NCBI GenBank assembly: GCA_951406725.2
Contig: OX597815.1
Coordinates: forward strand, 80,972,001-81,036,000
Direction of reading: 5' to 3'
DNA length: 64,000 bases
Origin: Octopus vulgaris
Taxonomy: Eukaryota
Below, piece after piece: positions 56,271 through 64,000 of this stretch (its first letter is position 1; each line of letters opens with the position of its first letter). The notes beneath the pieces were generated by a model. It was not told where the DNA came from. It saw nothing but the letters and a program-made list of their open reading frames with translations, and did not search any database. The translations under genes were made by a program, and so were the position numbers.

Positions 56271-57483
56271 AATATCCAGTCCTGTTAGATGAGAAGAAAA
56301 CCAAAAAGAAAACACTAACGAAAAACAAACAGCAAAAAAAAAACATCTTTTTTTATAAAGTAGCAATAATAAATAAAATATAATGTAATAAAAATAAAAT
56401 ATAATGTAATAAAAATAAAATAAATATGTGAATAAATAAAGTATAATAAAAACAGGCAGTAAACTCCGAAAATTTCTCGTGACTCTGAATGATGATAGCC
56501 AGCTCACCTGTGTAACGAAACTAATATATTTGTATAATAACCTCCAGTACATTGTGCTTGGAGAAAAGTTTGCTCGTTCGTTGAGTTGGTAAGACGCTTT
56601 ATATTTCTGTTGTTTTATTTTATTTTATAATTTTATTTTATTTTGTATTTTCCTTTATTGGATTTACAAGGGTGCGTAACCTCCACCGTCAACAAACCGC
56701 GCCTTACTCGTTTCAATAAGAGAATATAAACCCTGTTTAAGTTAGGGTTCACGAATCTTGCACCCTGCCAAAAGAAACTCGTTTGCTCACGTACACTTTC
56801 AGTGGTGAAGAAAGGCTGGAAGATTTGATACATGCCGTGGATGGTGTGGCGAAGAACGAATAAATGCGGAAAACAAACAGCCATAGTTTTACTTGCTTTT
56901 CATTATTGAGAAAGCTGGAGGTTTTATAGAGAGACGATAGGGTGGTGGATATTGTTATTATTATTTTAGCTCCAGCTCAATTTTGATCCAGCAGGTCTTT
57001 CATCTAAGACTTTCTAGCCAATATATCATCATGTTTTCAAAAATAGTGTATCTAGGACTTACGTATCCATTTTTTCAATAAACTAAAACAGTAAGGTGAT
57101 TTTGAAGATTTGGTTGCTATTTCTAGCATGCAACCGCTTAGGGATATTAATAGTTTTTTTTTTAAAGTCTGACACATATTTTATTGTTTTTTTCCGAACC
57201 GCTGGATAACTGGGACGTAAACAAACCAACACCTGTTGCCAAGTGGTGTTGGAAGCAAAGACACACACGTTTATTCATGTTGAACCGTTAATCTCTACAC
57301 AGATTTTTCTCTCTCCGTTTTTTCTTCTCGTTCTCTCCATTTTTTTCCTCTCAACCCTTTCTATTGAAGAGTGTAAGTGCGAAACGTCAAAGACGTTTCC
57401 TTTCTTCCCAAACGTCAAACTAAAACAACTGTTTGTTGTTCACTCATCTGTCTTCATCTTTTGTTCTCTGTAAATATGAACAT

Positions 57484-57517
<34 letters not shown>

Positions 57518-57626
57518 TGTATGTATGTATGTATGTATGTATGTATGTATGTATGTATGCATGTATGTATGTATGTATGTATGTATGTATGTATGTATGT
57601 ATGTATGTATGTATGTATGTATGTAT

Positions 57627-58074
57627 GAGAAAGTAAGGAGGGATGTCAGGAAGGGCATCGCTGTTACACTTCCAGATGGGAAGGGTCTTCCTTTGATGCT
57701 GACATGCAGTGTCTGTGCAAGACCCTGCCTCAGTAAAGCTGGACTCAAGAGTCATCTTCGTAGTCATAAAGCGAGACAGATGAGTGACAACCTGGCCACT
57801 GGTGGTGGTGTAACACACCATAGTAATCATATCTGTCGGGCATGTGGAAGTGAGTGTAATTCGGCAGGAGGACTTAAACGACATGCAAAGGTACATGAAG
57901 CCCAGTTACAACTACATCCGGCTATTACCGGTAAAGGTTTTAGCTTCTAATTCTGTACAAGACATTGTAGATCTTTAGCTGGGCTAAAAAGTCACATTCG
58001 ATCACAGCACCAATAACAGTTAAGCCACGCGCAATGGCTAAACTCGATAACGAGCGGGCAGCCATAATAATAAT
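57627..58074 (+). mobile_element. 3' end of a probable RTE-clade LINE encoding three C2H2 zinc fingers, inserted in (ATGT)n
   Basis: CSVCARPCLSKAGLKSHLRSH; CRACGSECNSAGGLKRHAKVH; F*FCTRHCRSLAGLKSHIRSQH* (stop at 58014-58016); short 3' UTR stem-loop GGCT..CTCG-ATAA-CGAG..AGCC plus (ATA)n; (TATG)n on both sides. Confidence 0.75.
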
Positions 58075-58329
58075 GTATGTATGTATGTATGTATGTATGT
58101 ATGTATGTATGTATGTATGTATGTATGTATGAGTACCTGTCTATTTATTTATCTATCTATATACACATACATATATACATATATATAGACAGAAATGTAG
58201 TCTAATATATGGATTCATAGAATCATGGGACGACTACAAAATGCCCCTCTAGCGGACCCGGCTAGCAGATCACATGGCAATCCAACACTAGGGAGTATAA
58301 TGCAGGGTTCTATGCAGCTGAAATCCAGG

Positions 58330-59080
<751 letters not shown>

Positions 59081-59339
59081 TACCTATATATTTAATTTGA
59101 TTGTAAAAAGAAGGGAAAAGTAAACTGAGAGAAAAGAATTAATGAAAGATGGAACGAAAGAACGAAGAAATTAAATAGAAGGAAGGAATTGTGACAAATG
59201 GGAAGCAAATGAAAGAGATCAAGATGGAAATGTATGACGGGGAAAGAGTAAAAGGAAGAAAAGAGAGTTAAACAAATGACGTAAAGTTAAGCTCTTAGGA
59301 CATATAAATGATGAAAAAGAAAAAAGGTAAAAAGGAACA

Positions 59340-59487
59340 ACAGGTACAGCTATGGTCATTGTGGTTAAGAAGTTAGCATTGCAACATGGCTGCAGAGTGT
59401 TCAGCTCCACTTCAGGATACCGCAGGCAAATGACTTTTATTATAGCTACTGGTCGCCATTTTCTTTTTTGAGTGGTTTGGGTAGGAA

Positions 59488-59531
<44 letters not shown>

Positions 59532-59760
59532 TGTGTGTGTGTGAGTGTGTGTCTCTGGCCTACTGCTAAACAACCGCTGTTTGTTTGTTTATGTCCAATA
59601 ACTCAGCGGTTCGGCGATAGAGTCCGATAGAATAAGTAGCAATCTCTATAAAAAAAAAAGACAAAAGTACTGGGCTCGACTTGATCGACAAAACCCTTCA
59701 AAATGGTGCTCCAGCATGGCTGCAGTCCAATGAGTGAAATGAGTTAGGGGTAAAATATAA
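59340..59760 (+). mobile_element. SINE family A, diverged full length
   Basis: GTGGTTAAGAAGTT head; GCGGTTCGGC...GATAGAATAAGTA; GGTGCTCCAGCATGGCTGCAGTCCAATGA tail. Confidence 0.75.
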
Positions 59761-60176
59761 AAGAGCATGAGTAACGAACAGATGTGTGGGAAGAAAACTG
59801 AAATATAAGAGAAAAAAAAAACGAAAGAAATATAGAAGTGAAAAATGACAAAGAAAGAAAGAAATTGAAAATAGTGAGCGAATGAAAAGAAAGAAAAGAC
59901 GAGAAACAAGCAGAAAGAATAATAGAGGGAGAGGAGAGAGAGAGAGAGAGAGAGGGAGAGAGAGGGGAGAGAGAGGGGGAAGAGAGAGGGGGAGAGAGAA
60001 TGAGGGAGCAAAGAGATGTGAGAATAAGTATGAGGGAGAAGAAAATACAGCTTTTTCAGCGGGAAAAACCTTTCTTTTGTTCAATCGTATTTATCATTAT
60101 ACGCACACACACACACACACACGGCTATGTGTGTACGTGTCTGTCTGTATCTCTCTCTTTCTCTCTTTCTATCTTA

Positions 60177-60218
<42 letters not shown>

Positions 60219-60367
60219 ATGTATATATGTATATACATATATGTATATATATATACATATATATATATGCATATGTATATACATGTATATATTCATACAT
60301 ACATACATATTCATATATGCATTCATATATACATGCATATCCATGCATTATTGATACACACAAACAG

Positions 60368-60418
<51 letters not shown>

Positions 60419-60579
60419 TATATATATACATGTATATATATACATACATTATACATTTGTATAATGCATATATATATGCATGTATATATGAATACACACA
60501 CAGACACGCATACATACATACATACATATATACATACATACATACATACATACATACATACATACATACATACATACAG

Positions 60580-60610
<31 letters not shown>

Positions 60611-61299
60611 CACTACATTTCTGTTTATATTTTTGTGGTTTCTTGCCCTGTTTTCTTTTCTTTTGTTTAATAATACTTCACTTTAAACTACTAAAGAGGA
60701 TTAAATGTAGGTTTTAAGTGAGATTAAATCTCTGGAAAAAAAGAAAAAGAAGCAACATTAAACCGTTAAGTCAGCAGTCTGATAATTTTAAGCCTTTTGG
60801 AACTGGTTACACAAGACAGTTCGTCTACAAAAGGTTCCTATTTCCTAGACAGTTCTTCTGAATGACTTGAGGATTTCCAACAAACAAAGAACGTCAAATC
60901 TATTTGAAGAAGGAATCACAGAATTCTTTTAAACTGCTTCTGTATTCATCTGGTTAAGTTTAGAAAGTTTACAGCCAATCAACAAACAAAACAGCCAACT
61001 ATCCAACCAACCAACCACCCTTTCAGAAAACATATACCCGACGTCGATCCAACCCGTTCTATTCCACTCGATTTGGTTCGATTTTTTATTTATTTGTCTT
61101 TACATTTAGTTTCTCTGAAGTGATTTTAATAGCTTTTTTTTTGTCATTTTGTTTTATTGCAATTCACCTCGCGCTCGCGTGTGTGTGAAAATGATCAAGA
61201 ATGCACTGAAAATCGAGAATTTAGCGCTTTATACACAAGGTTCAGAGTGATATGGCTTAGTACATGAAGACAAACTGAATGAAAGGACCATTGAATATG

Positions 61300-61372
<73 letters not shown>

Positions 61373-61417
61373 TTATACACATATATATATATATGCATGC
61401 ATAAATATATATAGGCA

Positions 61418-61460
<43 letters not shown>

Positions 61461-61584
61461 ACATGGATATATATAAATAACTACACACACACACATACAC
61501 ACACACACACATACACACACACACACACACACATACACACATTTACATATATATATATGTACATATTAGGAGAAATACACTGGG

Positions 61585-61716
61585 TAAGAGGTGCTCTGAC
61601 AGGACACCTAACAAGCTAGAAGGACCAATCAAAAGACACCTAATATGCTAGAAGGACTAGTCAAAATTTTGACTGGTCCTTCTAGAATGCTAGGTGTCCT
61701 GTCAGAGAACCTCTTA
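61585..61716. repeat. Fold-back with an internal tandem duplication
   Basis: TAAGAGGT.CTCTGACAGGACACCTA / TAGGTGTCCTGTCAGAG.ACCTCTTA; centre TCAAAATTTTGA; the GACACCTA..CTAGAAGGAC..TCAAAA unit occurs twice in the left arm. Confidence 0.85.
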
Positions 61717-62099
61717 TGTGTTTAGATGTACACTAATTTCATATATGTACAAATGTAGAAAAGTAGTATAAAATTTGGATTCAGAGGATATAGCGGCATT
61801 TGCATTAAGCTCCCCATTCGAAATCGGCTATCAGTTTATGAAGATTACGAATGCTACAAAACAAATGTAATCATATGCAAATCATGCGGAAAAATAAATC
61901 TATATTCACCGCTGTCACTCATGCGATATGAAACTATTAAGCTACATTCTCACTAACAACAATACAAACAACAGCGCAAACCGCCGCCAAGGCAAATACC
62001 AACGTCCGCTAAACGAGTAGCCAGAGATGATTTTTTTTTAATGAGAATATCTGGAGTAAACTGGACTGCTGTCACAAACGAGAATACTAAAGATGAACG

Positions 62100-62324
62100 C
62101 GACCACTCTCAGAAATTAAGTAAAGAAAAAAACGAAAAAATAATCCAGAATCCTTGTCTGGTACCGCATTGATCCCAAAATCCAATCAGTTCGTGTTAGT
62201 CACGAGGCCAAACATCTCTAGAAGTTTCATCCGAATTCATCTTGCGGTTCTTGAGATATCTTGTCCACGGACAAACAAACACGTCTGAAAACGATACCTC
62301 CGCCTTCACTAAGACGGAGGTAAT
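62100..62324 (+). mobile_element. Possible non-autonomous Helentron/HINE-like element
   Basis: Terminal hairpin TACCTCCGCCTT-CACT-AAGACGGAGGTA (62295-62322) preceded by ACAAACAAAC. Confidence 0.4.
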
Positions 62325-63089
62325 AGATAGACACGGGGCATACAAGTCACACTCCAACAATTTTGCCCTATTCAAAGCTAGAAAAAATCGGCCTTCTGCT
62401 ACTTACATTGTACTGTATAAATATGAGCCAACGTCGGTGGTTCTAAACTGGTGCTCTATCTGCCAAAAGCATAACCTAAATCTGCCTGGTACTAGAAAAC
62501 AGCAATAACTACCTAAACTCTAACTAATGTTCATCCCTTTTCCTCCCTAAACACTCGAAACCAGACAGTTCTTTTATCGAATGTTATACACAAATAGATA
62601 CACACATATTCTCAGTAAAACACCACATTGAATAATGCAGTCCTTGATGTACAAAAACACTAGATGGTCATGACTGAAGCGCCTTTGATTAAAAATCTGC
62701 TCAGACAAGGCTCAATTGGTGTTAAAAACCCTTCGGTGAAGTCATACCAATGTCATCTCTGTCAATAACAAAAATCCTCTCTTACTGTACATAGGAAAAC
62801 ATTATCGTATCTTGTTATTCATTATTTTTTTTTTTTTTTTTTTTTGGAAAGGCAGAGAACCATTTTGCCAGGAATCAGTTCCAATTCCTTCGTTAGTAAA
62901 ATAAACTATATGGAGTGGAATGAAAATACATCATATAATCGTTACGTTTATTCACGTATCTCACCAGACCACCTAAAGCATAAATAGCAAGCAATAAGAA
63001 TTCACACGGTTGCGTCAAAGTGTTAAGTCTCACCATCACTGAGAAAGTCTTAGCTGATACATATATTTAGCTTAACAAAGCCTGCAACT

Positions 63090-63144
<55 letters not shown>

Positions 63145-64000
63145 ATCTTCCTGTTGAGATCCAGAAATTATTTCAACCTCCCAACCCAAACTACTAAACC
63201 ATTACAAAACTCAAAGTTAGATCTACTCACCAGTATTACTTTGTGATCTGAGACGGTGCCACTAGTTACTCAGAGACACCTTAAACTGCATCTAAAGGAA
63301 AGCCACTAAGAAACAGTGAAACCTCAGGCCTATGGACGTACTGTCTCCTCTCACTGCCTTTTCTAACAGAACCATATTGGTCTTTGCTCCTGAAAGAGGA
63401 ATAGTCCCGTCCCATTTTCATTCCGTCACTTCGGTTTCGCACCTGATCCCCTCTTCTTGTCACCCGTATTGTGGCCAAACCCTTAAGTCTCCACACCCAC
63501 CACTACATTTATTTATGCCTTCTAAATCGTCAGGCCACAGGAATTCTCTCCACGTAAAATTTGGGTTTTTTTTGTTTTTTTTTTTACATATTTATTTCTA
63601 ATTATTTATTTACCATGACCAATGAGTTACGTGTGAGGCGTGGTTATTTCTAGTTAGAAATTATTTAGTTCTTAACTGCAGGCTTCGACTTGTAGATTAA
63701 CTCTTGAAGAACAAAAGCGTCACCGTTTTAGGAGGGTGCTTAAGGGGCCACGATCACAATATCTCTATATCTTTGCAGACACCGAAAGTAGATGAGGTCT
63801 TAACAACAACAACAACTATCTGACGGTTACGATACAACAGCGGTGACTATTGATAATGATGACAGGTATGATAATGACGATTCTGCCACCGCCGCAGCTT
63901 CCACCACCACCACCATCACCACCGCCGCCGTTGCTGCTGCTCTGCTGCTGCTATTGACTATAATGAGGAGAAGGTGGTGATTATTACAATAGTAACAGTA

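Overview
Eukaryotic, AT-rich, microsatellite-saturated genomic DNA with no recognisable intact host gene. Nearly all listed ORFs are translations of (TA)n, (TATG)n, (TATC)n or (AAT)n repeats. The repeat families and microsatellite load suggest an octopus or other coleoid cephalopod; this is an inference, not a database result. The window is a transposon graveyard: Tx1/L1-clade, RTE and R4/Dong LINE fragments, at least three tRNA-derived SINE families, several mariner/Tc1 relics and MITEs, and non-autonomous Helitrons. The most notable signal is a set of short ORF-less elements embedded in TA-rich microsatellites that carry type I hammerhead ribozyme motifs (386-443 +, 29121-29160 -, 53378-53448 -). 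Two of them have partial-tandem direct repeats (periods 480 and 430 bp) and one also has a 5' inverted segment, so they are candidate retrozymes or non-autonomous Penelope-like elements. Other notable signals: a (TATC)n-embedded Tx1 LINE whose 3' end resembles the tail of a self-stacking SINE family, a twin-priming-type inversion in an RTE LINE, an RTE-type 3' end with three C2H2 fingers, and long fold-back hairpins. All folds and alignments were done by eye, and element boundaries are approximate unless termini or TSDs are cited.
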